Assembly (NCBI GenBank): GCA_965208575.1
Contig: CBDBOV010000004.1
Span: 1,056,001-1,120,000, forward strand
Length of the DNA: 64,000 bases
Direction: 5' to 3'
Source: Spirochaetia bacterium
GTDB taxonomy: Bacteria > Spirochaetota > Spirochaetia > SZUA-6 > Bin103
Made by a program: the position numbers and the translations under genes. How positions within the stretch are numbered: position 1 is the first letter of the stretch; each line of letters begins with the position of its first letter. Shown piece after piece: positions 41,659-51,207 of the stretch. The notes beneath the pieces are model-generated. The model made no database searches and was not told the DNA's origin. It saw nothing but the letters and a program-made list of their open reading frames with translations.

Positions 41659-42680
41659 GAACTACACCGGTTCTCACTTTCTTCAACAACAAGGGAGGAG
41701 TGGGCAAGACGTCGCTAGTTTACCACGTTTCGTGGATGCTCGCGGAACTCGGGCACGCTGTTCTGGTCGTAGACCTTGACCCGCAAGCCAATCTGACCGC
41801 TGCGTTTCTTGGAGAAACGCGTCTTGAGAAGCTCTGGGACACCGATTGTGACGATCGCGGAAACACCATCTATCAATGCGTTCAGCCACTCACCGAGGTC
41901 GGCGACATCCGCGAACCCAGGCTGTTTCCGATTGCGCATGAGCTGTTCTTTCTTCCCGGTGACCTTGCGCTGTCGGGCTTCGAAGATCTTCTCTCTTCAG
42001 AGTGGCCGAATTGCCTGGGAAGTCAGAATCTATATCGACCGTTTCGGGTGATCACTTCGTTCTGGCAGGTGATTCAGACCGGTGCCCGGCAGTCTGGAGC
42101 GCAGATTGTGCTGGTCGACGTCGGCCCCAGCCTGGGTGCCATAAACCGTTCCGCCCTCATCGCCACCGACTTCGTGATCGTACCGCTCGCCGCCGACCTG
42201 TTTTCGCGCCAGGGGCTGCGCAACCTGGGGCCTGCCCTCCGGCATTGGCGGTCCGACTGGCAGAAGCGGCGGCAAAACTGGGAGACTCCTTCCTTCCGGC
42301 TGCCAGAGGGGCACATGGAGCCAATCGGCTATCTCATCCAACAACACGGTGTGCGCCTGAACCGTCCGGTCAAGGCCCATGACCGGTGGGCGAGACAGAT
42401 GCCTGCCGAATACGCAGCACGAGTCCTGGACGAGCAACGCCCGTCAGAGAAAGGAGACGCTGACACCGATAGAAACGCCATTGCAACCGTCAAGCACTAC
42501 CGGAGCCTTGTTCCCCTTGCCCGGGAAGCCCGTAAACCCATCTTCGCGCTGGCCCCGGCGGACGGCGCCATCGGCAGCCATGCGGCAGCCTCGCGCGACG
42601 CGTTCCACGACTTCGAAGAACTCACGCGAGAGATCATGCACCGCGTCAAGCGCAGCGAGATCCTGCAGCGCGCCAAATGA
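41655..42680 (+). CDS. ParA/Soj-family ATPase (no ParB adjacent)
   Basis: FFNNKGGVGKT, DLDPQANLT, VDVGPSLG; ATGA overlap with the upstream gene. Confidence 0.88.
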   Translation: MRTTPVLTFFNNKGGVGKTSLVYHVSWMLAELGHAVLVVDLDPQANLTAAFLGETRLEKLWDTDCDDRGNTIYQCVQPLTEVGDIREPRLFPIAHELFFLPGDLALSGFEDLLSSEWPNCLGSQNLYRPFRVITSFWQVIQTGARQSGAQIVLVDVGPSLGAINRSALIATDFVIVPLAADLFSRQGLRNLGPALRHWRSDWQKRRQNWETPSFRLPEGHMEPIGYLIQQHGVRLNRPVKAHDRWARQMPAEYAARVLDEQRPSEKGDADTDRNAIATVKHYRSLVPLAREARKPIFALAPADGAIGSHAAASRDAFHDFEELTREIMHRVKRSEILQRAK

Positions 42681-42808
42681 AAGCCGATGCGCCTCAGCGA
42701 GTCGTCCACCGACGGAGCCGGAACGGCTGACAACCGACGCGGCAAGCGCGCCAACGCGAGTTGGCTGGACGCCATCACCGGCCACGGGTATGGTAGGCGC
42801 GCTTCCTG

Positions 42809-43762
42809 ATGGCATCCGAATCTCTGGCCGGCAGCGGCACACGATCCGCCCGCCGCTCCCGTCTGTGGCGCGAGTTGGCGCGCGATTACCAGTTGCACCT
42901 GATCATCGCGCTGCCGGTGATCTGGTTCATCATCTTCAAGTACCTGCCGATGTACGGCGCGCAGATCGCGTTCCGGGACTTCGCCGCCGCCAAGGGCATC
43001 TGGGGCAGTCCGTGGGTGGGTTTGGAACACTTCCAGAAGTTCTTCGATTCCTACCTGTTCTGGCGCATCCTCGGCAACACCTTCTTCCTCAGCATCTACA
43101 CGCTGGCGGCCACCTTTCCGATCCCGATCGTGCTGGCGCTGTCGATCAACAACGCCAACAACCGCCTGTTCCGGAAGGCGGTGCAGATGATCATCTACGC
43201 CCCCTACTTCATCTCCACGGTGGTGATGGTGGGGCTGCTGATCCAATTCCTGTCCACCACGGTCGGCATCGTCGGGCCGCTCATGCTGGCGCTGGGGATG
43301 GAACCGGTTTCCTACATGGGCCGCCCGGAGGCGTTCCAGTCGATCTACGTGTGGTCGCACGTGTGGCAGTTCTCGGGCTTCGGCACCATCATCTACCTCG
43401 CCGCGCTCGCCGGCATCGACCCGGAGCTGCACGAGGCAGCGATCATCGACGGCGCCACCAAGGTGCAGCGCACCCGCTTCATCGACATTCCCGGCATCAT
43501 GCCCACCGCCGTCATCCTGTTCATCCTCACCCTCGGCCAGCTCATGAACATCGGCTTCGAGAAGGTCTACAACATGCAGAACGACCTCAATCTCGAACGT
43601 TCCGAGGTGATCCAGACCTACGTCTACAAGATCGGACTGACCGGCATTCCGCGCTTCTCCTACGCGTCGGCGATCGGCCTGTTCAACTCGGTGATCAACT
43701 TCGTGCTGATCATGGTCGGCAACTGGATTGCCAAGCGGCTCGGCGGTGCCAGTCTCTGGTGA
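42809..43762 (+). CDS. Carbohydrate ABC transporter permease (LplB-like)
   Basis: YLPMYG, SPWVGL, PYFISTVV, EAAIIDGA, TYVYKIG. Confidence 0.92.
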   Translation: MASESLAGSGTRSARRSRLWRELARDYQLHLIIALPVIWFIIFKYLPMYGAQIAFRDFAAAKGIWGSPWVGLEHFQKFFDSYLFWRILGNTFFLSIYTLAATFPIPIVLALSINNANNRLFRKAVQMIIYAPYFISTVVMVGLLIQFLSTTVGIVGPLMLALGMEPVSYMGRPEAFQSIYVWSHVWQFSGFGTIIYLAALAGIDPELHEAAIIDGATKVQRTRFIDIPGIMPTAVILFILTLGQLMNIGFEKVYNMQNDLNLERSEVIQTYVYKIGLTGIPRFSYASAIGLFNSVINFVLIMVGNWIAKRLGGASLW

Positions 43763-44721
43763 GCAATCTCGTCGCTGCAGGTCCCGCCGGCGCCAGCGCA
43801 GCGCCGCCGGCGCAGCCAACCGCCCGCCGCCGGCGCATCCGCGGCTCGCGCGCCGACCAAGCCTACGACGTGTTCAACGTGATCGTCCTTACCGTGGTCG
43901 CGATCGGCGTGCTCTACCCGCTCGTGTACATCGTCAGCTCGTCGTTCAGCAATCCCGCGGCGGTCACCTCGGGCCGGGTCTGGCTGTGGCCGGTGGAGCC
44001 CTCGCTGATCGCCTACGAGCGGGTGTACAACTACCCCACCATCTGGCGCGGCTACGCCAACACCATCTTCTACACGGTGTTCGGCACCGCCATCAGCGTG
44101 GCCCTGACCCTGCTCGCCGCCTACCCGGTGTCGCGGCGCCGCTTCCGCGGCCGCAACATCTACATGTTCCTGTTCGTGTTCACCATGATCTTCGACGGCG
44201 GCATCATCCCCACCTACCTGGTGGTGCGCGACGCCGGCATGATCAACACCCGGTGGGCGATGCTGATTCCCACCGCGGTGGCGGCCTGGAACGTCATCAT
44301 CACCCGCACCTTCTTCCAGGTGAACGTCCCGGAGGAGCTGCTGGAGGCGGCGCAGATCGACGGCAGCAGCGACATCCAGTTCTTCTGGCACGTGGTGCTG
44401 CCGATCTCCGGGGCGATCGTCGCCGTGAACACCCTGTTCTACGCGGTGTACAAGTGGAACTCCTTCTTCGAAGCGTTCCTCTACCTGAACAATCAGAAGT
44501 TGTTCCCGCTGCAGATCGTGCTGCGCAACATCCTGGTGGTAAACTCGATGGACGCCAGCCTGTTCGCCATCTCGGCCGGCTCCGACGCCGTGCAGGCACA
44601 GTTGCGCGCACTGATCAAGTTCGCGGTGATCGTGGTGGCCAGCGTACCGGTGCTGATGCTGTACCCGTTCGTGCAGAAGTATTTCGTGAGAGGCGTACTG
44701 ATTGGTTCGATCAAGGGATGA
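43759..44721 (+). CDS. Carbohydrate ABC transporter permease (LplC-like)
   Basis: GGIIPTYL, EAAQIDG, PLQ, YPFVQKYFVRGVLIGSIKG; GTGA overlap. Confidence 0.92.
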   Translation: MSNLVAAGPAGASAAPPAQPTARRRRIRGSRADQAYDVFNVIVLTVVAIGVLYPLVYIVSSSFSNPAAVTSGRVWLWPVEPSLIAYERVYNYPTIWRGYANTIFYTVFGTAISVALTLLAAYPVSRRRFRGRNIYMFLFVFTMIFDGGIIPTYLVVRDAGMINTRWAMLIPTAVAAWNVIITRTFFQVNVPEELLEAAQIDGSSDIQFFWHVVLPISGAIVAVNTLFYAVYKWNSFFEAFLYLNNQKLFPLQIVLRNILVVNSMDASLFAISAGSDAVQAQLRALIKFAVIVVASVPVLMLYPFVQKYFVRGVLIGSIKG

Positions 44722-44763
44722 GCCTCTCCATCCCGCACACATTCAAGGAGGAGGTCACAGAGA

Positions 44764-46428
44764 ATGACCTGTACCGTTCGTAATTCGCTTGTGCTGCTGC
44801 TGGCGCTGACGCTGGCGGCGGCTGGAGCCACGGCCGCGTTTGCCAGTGGCGAGGAGGAAGCAGCCGTCGCCATGGGCGAGCTGTCGCCGCCCGGGGTCGT
44901 GCCGATCTTCGAGGAGAAGGTCACCATGACGGCGTTCGTGTCCTACACGCGCACCATCCTCGACTTCGAGGCCAACGAGATGACCAAGTGGATGGAGGAA
45001 CAGACCAACATCCACTGGGAGTGGGACGCGGTGAACAGCTCCGAGGACGCCAAGGCCAAGTTCACCCTGGTCATGAACAGCGGCGCCGAACTGCCCGACA
45101 TGATGATGGGCATGAGCATCACCCACGACGAGAAGCACCTGTACGGCTCGCAGGGGCTGTTCGTCCCGCTCAACGACATCATCGAAGAGCACGGCTTCTT
45201 CATCAGGGACGTGGTCGCCGCGGCGCCCAACTTCCTCAAGGAGAGCGCCGGGCCGGACGGCAACGTGTACGTGCTCACCGCCTACGAGGAGTGCTACCAC
45301 TGCGGCGTGGCGCAGAAGATGTGGATCAACCAGGTGTGGCTGGACAAGCTCGGCCTGGAGATTCCCACTACCACCGAGGAGTTGCGCGAGGTGCTGCGCG
45401 CGTTCAAGACCCAGGATCCCAACGGCAACGGCGTCGCCGACGAACTGCCGCTGTCCGGGTTCGCCAACAGTTGGCACACGCGCCCGTGGCCGTTCCTGCT
45501 GAACGCGTTCCTGTACACCGACGACAATGACATGCTCAACGTCCAGGACGGCCAGATCGTGGCCGCCTTCGTACAGCCCGAATGGCGCGAGGGGATGCGC
45601 TACGTGCACAGCCTGTTCGCCGAGGGCCTGATCGACGAAGAGATGTTCGTGCGCGACCGGTCGGCGCTGGCGCCGCTGGTGGAGGGCGATCCGCCGCGGA
45701 TCGGCGCCGGCACGGTCGGCCACCGCGGCATGCTCGGCGCCTGGCGCGGCGGTTACGAAGGCGGCTCCGGCGACTTCCGGGTGGTGCCGCCGCTGCGCGG
45801 ACCGGACGGCCACGTGAGCGCCGGCTACTTCCCGCCCGGACCCAAGGTGCACGACAGCGCCGCGATCACCAAGGACGCCGACAACCCGGAAGCGATCTAC
45901 AAGTGGATCGACTTCATGTATTCGCGCGAGGCGTCGGTGCGCAACTGGTGGGGCGTGTTCGGCGTCGACTGGCGCTGGGCGGAGCCGGGCGAGGTCGGCA
46001 TCAACGGCAAGCCGGCGGTGCACACCAACCTGGGCGCCGACGCGGTGTTCCTGGAGCCGCAGCAGACCCAGGCGTGGATTCACTCGTCGCCGTTCTTCAT
46101 GCCCTCCGACCTGTTCGGCGGCTCCAGCGGCGATCCCGACGAGTTCAACTACGAGGGCTTCCTGATCGACTCGTCGCACGTGTACTACGACCACATCCCC
46201 GAAGTGTGGGTGCCGCGCATGGCGCTCGATGTCGACGACGCCAAGACCGTCTCCGAGATCCGCTCGGTGGTGAACGAGTTCGTCTACGAGTCGGCGGCCA
46301 AGTTCGTGACCGGCCGCCTCGACATAGGCGACGACAACGACTGGAACGACTTCCTGGCCGAGCTCGACAAGATCGGCCTGCCGCAGTACCTGGAAATCAT
46401 GAACGCCGCCTACGAGGCCTACAAGTAG
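44764..46428 (+). CDS. Carbohydrate ABC transporter substrate-binding protein
   Basis: Signal peptide ..AFASGEEE, WLDKLGLEIPTT, DPNGNG.ADE. Confidence 0.88.
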   Translation: MTCTVRNSLVLLLALTLAAAGATAAFASGEEEAAVAMGELSPPGVVPIFEEKVTMTAFVSYTRTILDFEANEMTKWMEEQTNIHWEWDAVNSSEDAKAKFTLVMNSGAELPDMMMGMSITHDEKHLYGSQGLFVPLNDIIEEHGFFIRDVVAAAPNFLKESAGPDGNVYVLTAYEECYHCGVAQKMWINQVWLDKLGLEIPTTTEELREVLRAFKTQDPNGNGVADELPLSGFANSWHTRPWPFLLNAFLYTDDNDMLNVQDGQIVAAFVQPEWREGMRYVHSLFAEGLIDEEMFVRDRSALAPLVEGDPPRIGAGTVGHRGMLGAWRGGYEGGSGDFRVVPPLRGPDGHVSAGYFPPGPKVHDSAAITKDADNPEAIYKWIDFMYSREASVRNWWGVFGVDWRWAEPGEVGINGKPAVHTNLGADAVFLEPQQTQAWIHSSPFFMPSDLFGGSSGDPDEFNYEGFLIDSSHVYYDHIPEVWVPRMALDVDDAKTVSEIRSVVNEFVYESAAKFVTGRLDIGDDNDWNDFLAELDKIGLPQYLEIMNAAYEAYK

Positions 46429-46436
46429 GACGTTTC

Positions 46437-46468
46437 GCGGCGGGGGCGAACAACCACGCCCCCGCCGC
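46437..46468 (+). terminator. GC-rich 12-bp stem-loop after the SBP gene
   Basis: GCGGCGGGGGCG / CGCCCCCGCCGC; no U-tract. Confidence 0.5.
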
Positions 46469-46534
46469 TCCTGGAACGAACGCGTAACCGGCACATGCTC
46501 TGCGCCGCGGATCGGCGTTTGATAAGATGCTCGC

Positions 46535-47636
46535 ATGTCCGAGCCCGATGGCGCTTCCGGCGATCGCCCTCAAGTCCCCGCCATCCCGTACGGGCTCGCC
46601 TACTTCAGGGGCATCCGGCGGGAAGGCTGCCTGTACGTCGACAAGACGCGCTTCCTCCGCCCGCTGGAGCAGGAGCGGTTCGTGTTCTTCATCCGTCCGC
46701 GGCGTTTCGGCAAGACCTGCTGGCTGTCGATGATGGAAAGCTACTACGACCGCAATCAGGCCGATGACTTCGAGGCGCTGTTCGACGGCACCGAAATCGG
46801 CCGCAACCCCACTCCCAATCGCAGCCGCTACGTCGTGCTGCGGTTCAACTTCTCCGCCTTCGGCAACGCCCTGGAGACGCTGGAGCGGGACTTCGGGAAC
46901 TACTGCCACCTCCAGCTCTCCTACGCGTTGGAAGCGTACCCGGAGTTGTTCCCCGGAACCGGCACGGCAGCGCATCTGCTCGCAGCCCACCATCAACGAC
47001 CAACTCAACGCGCTGTTCCTGCACGCCGCGCGTCGCGGCATCCCGCTCTACGTCCTGATCGACGAGTACGACAACTTCGCCAACACGATCCTGGCGCACC
47101 GAGGGGCGGACGCCTACCACGCCGTCACCCACGGCGGCGGCTTCTACCGCAGTTTCTTCGCCACGCTCAAGACCGGCACCGAAAACGGCAGCGTGGAGCG
47201 GCTGTTCGTCACCGGCGTCTCGCCGGTCACCATGGACGACGTCACCAGCGGCTTCAACATCGGCTCCAACCTGAGCCTGCAGCCCGAGTTCAGCGAGATG
47301 CTCGGCTTCAGCGAGGACGAGGTGCGGCGCCTGGTGGACACCTACCGGAATCTGGGCGTGTTCGACCAGGACGTCACCGCGGCGATGGACACGATGCGCG
47401 AATGGTACGACGGCTACCGGTTCGCGAAGGCCGCCGACAACGTCGTCTACAACACCGACATGGTGCTCTACTACCTGAAGCACTCGGTGCCCAACAAGAG
47501 CGGACCTGACAACCTGATCGATGACAACGTGCACATCGACTACGGCAAGCTGCGCCATCTGCTCACGGTCGGGCGGCGATTGAACGGCAGCTTCGACCTG
47601 CTGCGCCACGTGATCGCCGAAGGGCGGGCGGACAGT
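46535..47636 (+). pseudogene. AAA-ATPase-like + PD-(D/E)XK nuclease gene, 5' part (frameshift near 46951; interrupted by transposon)
   Basis: IPYG, YVDKT, RPRRFGKT, LIDEYDNFAN, FVTGVSP, WYDGYRF, YN. Confidence 0.85.
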
Positions 47637-47792
47637 TGTCGGCTCTCAGATTGATCTGAGCGGAATGGGGGCGGACGTCTCACGATCGACTGGAGTGGAG
47701 GACGGGAGAGTCGAGGTAAACTGACCAGAAAAACAGGGTAGCTGCCCCAGGTGATGAGAACCGGACAGCTACCCTGAACTAAGGACAGCCGA

Positions 47793-48404
47793 TTGGTACT
47801 CCATCTGGCGGTTGATTTCAAGAGACTTCAGGAACAGGGCAAGGAGTATCGGTGGCCGCGGCCGGAGCGCTGCCTGGAGTGCGGTCGGAGGCGGCCGTGG
47901 GGCCATGGCTATGTCGGACGGTGCTTCGATGGCTGCGGCGAGCCGCTGTGGATGAAGCGCTACCGGTGTCCGGACTGCGGGACCGTGTACACGCTGCGAC
48001 CGGACAGCCACTACCGCGGGTTCTGGGCGCCGTGGCGAGTGATTCTGGTAGCCCTGCTGGGCAAGCTGAAGGGTGGTCGCTGGATCGCGCGGGTGAGCCG
48101 ACAGCGGCAGCAGTACTGGCGCCAGGGGTTGCGCCGGCAGTTGTTGCTGGAGGGGGTGACCGCGGTGAGCCGGCCGGGCCAGGTTGCGGCCAGTGCGCTG
48201 AAGGCGCTGGTGGTGCGGTTGATCATCGTCAGTACGCATTCGGTGAGCTACCGCCAGATACGGCGAGTGGATGCCGCCCCCGAGTTGGTGCTGGCGGTGC
48301 CGGTGGTGGGCTTTGCGGGACACCTTGATGGCGTCGGGAGCACAGCAGACAGCGCCCTGAAGGAGCCAGGGAATGAGCCGACACCCAGTCACGGGGCACG
48401 ATGA
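47793..48404 (+). CDS. Zn-ribbon protein (DUF6431-like) of the transposon
   Basis: WPRPERCLECG..WGHGY..R...RYRCPDCG; AAGGA RBS before the TTG start. Confidence 0.7.
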   Translation: MVLHLAVDFKRLQEQGKEYRWPRPERCLECGRRRPWGHGYVGRCFDGCGEPLWMKRYRCPDCGTVYTLRPDSHYRGFWAPWRVILVALLGKLKGGRWIARVSRQRQQYWRQGLRRQLLLEGVTAVSRPGQVAASALKALVVRLIIVSTHSVSYRQIRRVDAAPELVLAVPVVGFAGHLDGVGSTADSALKEPGNEPTPSHGAR

Positions 48405-48685
48405 GCACGGTGCTGGTCGCGGGGTGCCGGCTCAGACCGGGCAAGTGGCTGGTGAGCAGTGCAGGAGGACGCCGCCGCGGTGCTGGCGAGCGCCTTTGGC
48501 GCTTGGGTGGCTGTCCGGGCGACGCTGCGGGCAGGGCGCTGGTGGCGCGGCTGATCATGATCGGAGCGGAGAAAATAACGCGAACTGGCGCCTGGGTGAC
48601 CCCAAGCCTACCGGATCTTTGCGGTGATCGGCGAACCAATGGGGAGCAAATTGATGCCACCAACACCCCAGGAGGTTCCTCGATC

Positions 48686-50002
48686 ATGGAGGAAGAGAAG
48701 AAAAAGCGGATCGCGTTGTTCCGGTTCGGTGTGATCGCCGGCCTGATCGGGTATGCGAAGCTCGACCAGGGCAAGCGCGAGGCGCGCATCAAGGACCTGG
48801 CGGAGCAGGAATGGAAGATCCCATTCTCGCTGCGCAGTTCGATCAGCCGGTCGACGATCCGCGACTGGCTGCGGCGTTACGAGCACAGCGGCAAGAAACT
48901 GGAGAGCCTGTTCCCGAAGGACCGCGCGGACGCCGGCGTGGGGCGCAGCATCGATCCCGAGACCGAGTTGGCACTGGTCAATCTCCGGCGTGAACTGGCA
49001 CAGGCGTCGTTGTCAGTGGTGCTGCAGGTGGCGCGCCGCCGCAATCTCCTGCCGCCCGACTTCGCAGCCTCACGGCAAAGCATCTACCGATTGTTCCGGC
49101 GCCATGGTCTGCACCGGCAGCGGCCCGCGACGCAGGACCGGCGGCGCTTCGAAGCGGAACTGCCGAACGACTTGTGGCAAGCGGATTGCATGCACGGCCC
49201 GCGCGTGAAAAGCGACGGCAAGCTGCGCAAGACGTTTCTGTTCGCCTGCATCGATGATCACTCGCGGCTCATCACCGGCGCCCGCTTCTATCTGCGTGAA
49301 AACATCGACTGTTTCCAGGACTGCCTGCTGCGGGCGCTCGAAACGCGCGGTCTGCCACGCAAACTGTATGTCGATAACGGCCCCAGCTTTCGCTCCCAAC
49401 GACTCAGTTACGCCTGTGCATCGCTGGGCATAGCGCTCCTCTTCGCGACCCCATACACGCCCCAGGGAAAGGGTAAAATCGAGCGCTATTTCCGCACCAT
49501 ACGCACCCAGATGCTGCCTCTGGTCAGCGATCACGATACCCTCGAGCAGCTCAACGCCCAGCTTGCCGAGTGGCTCGACCACAGCTACCATCAGCGGCTT
49601 CACTCCAGCACCGGGGAGCAGCCCCTGCAGCGCTATCTGCGCCACCTGGAACTGCTGCGGCCTGCGCCCCAGAATGTGCGTGACCACTTCCGCACCATGG
49701 TGCGCCGCAAGGTCGACAAGGATCGTGCCGTCGCCCTCTACGGCAAGCTCTACGAAGCGCCGGTGGGGCTCATCGGGAACACCGTCAACCTGCTCTATCA
49801 TGAGGCTGATCCGTCCCGCATCGAGGTGTTCTTCGAAGATCGCTCTTACGGCTTCCTCAGTGAGTTGAACCCCCACGTCAACAGCCGCGTGCGCCGCATC
49901 AGCGGCCATGAGACCGAGCTCGAGCCGGCGCCGGAGCCGCCCGCTGATGACCCCCAGCCCGGCCCCCGCGGCGGCCAGCTGTTCGAGGAGTCCGACCGAT
50001 GA
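48686..50002 (+). CDS. DDE transposase/integrase (rve + Mu-like C-terminal domain)
   Basis: IALFRFGVIA, WQADCMHGP, IDDHSR, YVDNGPSF, GKGKIERYFRT; GGAGG RBS; frame also open back to an ATG at 48401. Confidence 0.9.
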   Translation: MEEEKKKRIALFRFGVIAGLIGYAKLDQGKREARIKDLAEQEWKIPFSLRSSISRSTIRDWLRRYEHSGKKLESLFPKDRADAGVGRSIDPETELALVNLRRELAQASLSVVLQVARRRNLLPPDFAASRQSIYRLFRRHGLHRQRPATQDRRRFEAELPNDLWQADCMHGPRVKSDGKLRKTFLFACIDDHSRLITGARFYLRENIDCFQDCLLRALETRGLPRKLYVDNGPSFRSQRLSYACASLGIALLFATPYTPQGKGKIERYFRTIRTQMLPLVSDHDTLEQLNAQLAEWLDHSYHQRLHSSTGEQPLQRYLRHLELLRPAPQNVRDHFRTMVRRKVDKDRAVALYGKLYEAPVGLIGNTVNLLYHEADPSRIEVFFEDRSYGFLSELNPHVNSRVRRISGHETELEPAPEPPADDPQPGPRGGQLFEESDR

Positions 50003-50829
50003 TCGACCTCAGACATGCCTTCGGTTTCCAACGCGATCCGTTCCCCCAGGACGTCCCGATCAACGGTCTGTACCCGATCCCGGGCCTGAAAGCGCTCACC
50101 GAGCGCTTTCAGTATGCCCTCGGGCTCGGCCTCATCACCGTCATCACCGGCGAGGTGGGAGCGGGAAAATCCACTTCCCTGCGCCATGTCACGAGCACCC
50201 TGCACCCCGCCGAATACCGTCTCCTGGCGGTCATCGCCACCACCGGCACGCTGCTCGACCTGCTGCGCCAGATCTGCCTGGAGATGGGCACCCCCCCGCG
50301 CTCCTCACTGGCCGTCCTCAGCCGCACCGTGCGCGACCTGCTGACCGACATCAGGCGCAAGAAGCAGACCCCGTTGCTGGTCGTCGACGAGGCACATCTG
50401 CTCCGCTTCGAGGTGTTCGCACAGCTCCACACTCTCACTCAGTTCGCCTTCGATTCGCAGACCTTGATGCCGATGGTGCTGGCCGGCCAGAGCAGCCTGC
50501 TTGACCGCCTGTTGTTCCATACCTCGCGCCCGCTCGCCTCACGGGTCGTGGGCCGCAGCCACCTCGATGCTCTCTCCCTTGATGACATGCGCGGCTACCT
50601 CGACCACCATCTGCAGCTCGCCGCCGGGCGGGACACCCAGTCCGCCACAGCGCGGCGCAGCGCCGACCTGCTCAGCGACGAAGCCGCCGTCGCCATCCAT
50701 CAGGGCTCCGGCGGGCTCCTGCGGCGCGCCAATCATCTCGCCCGCGGCGCCCTCATGGCGGCCGCTCGCGAGCATTGCTCGGTGGTCGCCGCCGAGCATG
50801 TCCGGCTCGCTGCCACCGAGATTCTGTAG
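49999..50829 (+). CDS. ExeA-like/TniB-like AAA+ ATPase (transposition helper)
   Basis: FGFQRDPF, GEVGAGKST, VVDEAHLL, LAGQ, SGGLLR..N; ATGA overlap with the transposase. Confidence 0.88.
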   Translation: MIDLRHAFGFQRDPFPQDVPINGLYPIPGLKALTERFQYALGLGLITVITGEVGAGKSTSLRHVTSTLHPAEYRLLAVIATTGTLLDLLRQICLEMGTPPRSSLAVLSRTVRDLLTDIRRKKQTPLLVVDEAHLLRFEVFAQLHTLTQFAFDSQTLMPMVLAGQSSLLDRLLFHTSRPLASRVVGRSHLDALSLDDMRGYLDHHLQLAAGRDTQSATARRSADLLSDEAAVAIHQGSGGLLRRANHLARGALMAAAREHCSVVAAEHVRLAATEIL

Positions 50830-50838
50830 GTCGGTTCC

Positions 50839-51153
50839 GTGATCAACGTCGCTATCAGAAAAATCGCCGGCAGCGACCGCGAATACTTCGCCTACGCCAG
50901 GACGTTCGCCGGTCGCGCCACCTACTTCGTGTATTTCCGTGATGACATCTGGGGCGCCATGGTGCTGCACAACTTCACCGACATGCTGCGCGCCGTGTTC
51001 CAGAACTCACCCGTCAAGCTGACTCTCGTCGAACAGGAACTCTCTCTCAAACATCCTGCCGTTCTCGGCTTCCTGAGACAATCTCCTGAGGACCCCTCAG
51101 CACCACCGACAGGAGATCTCGCCCGCGGCCACCGGCAACCCGGTGCAGAATAA
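50839..51153 (+). CDS. Small hypothetical protein, fourth gene of the transposon
   Basis: 104-aa ORF starting 9 bp after the ATPase stop; normal globular-protein composition; lies inside the right end. Confidence 0.6.
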   Translation: MINVAIRKIAGSDREYFAYARTFAGRATYFVYFRDDIWGAMVLHNFTDMLRAVFQNSPVKLTLVEQELSLKHPAVLGFLRQSPEDPSAPPTGDLARGHRQPGAE

Positions 51154-51207
51154 TATGGTGTCCAGATTACCGTGCGAAAAAACAGCAGAATTACGTGAGA
51201 CCCAACA

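Larger units (their letters stand above)
47637..51207 (+). mobile_element. Four-gene DDE/AAA+ transposon, complete (3571 bp)
   Basis: Ends TGTCGGCTCTCAGATTGATCTG / CAGAATTACGTGAGACCCAACA; CAGT duplicated at 47633-47636 and 51208-51211; excision restores host frame ...RADS-DLVTSF... Confidence 0.92.
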
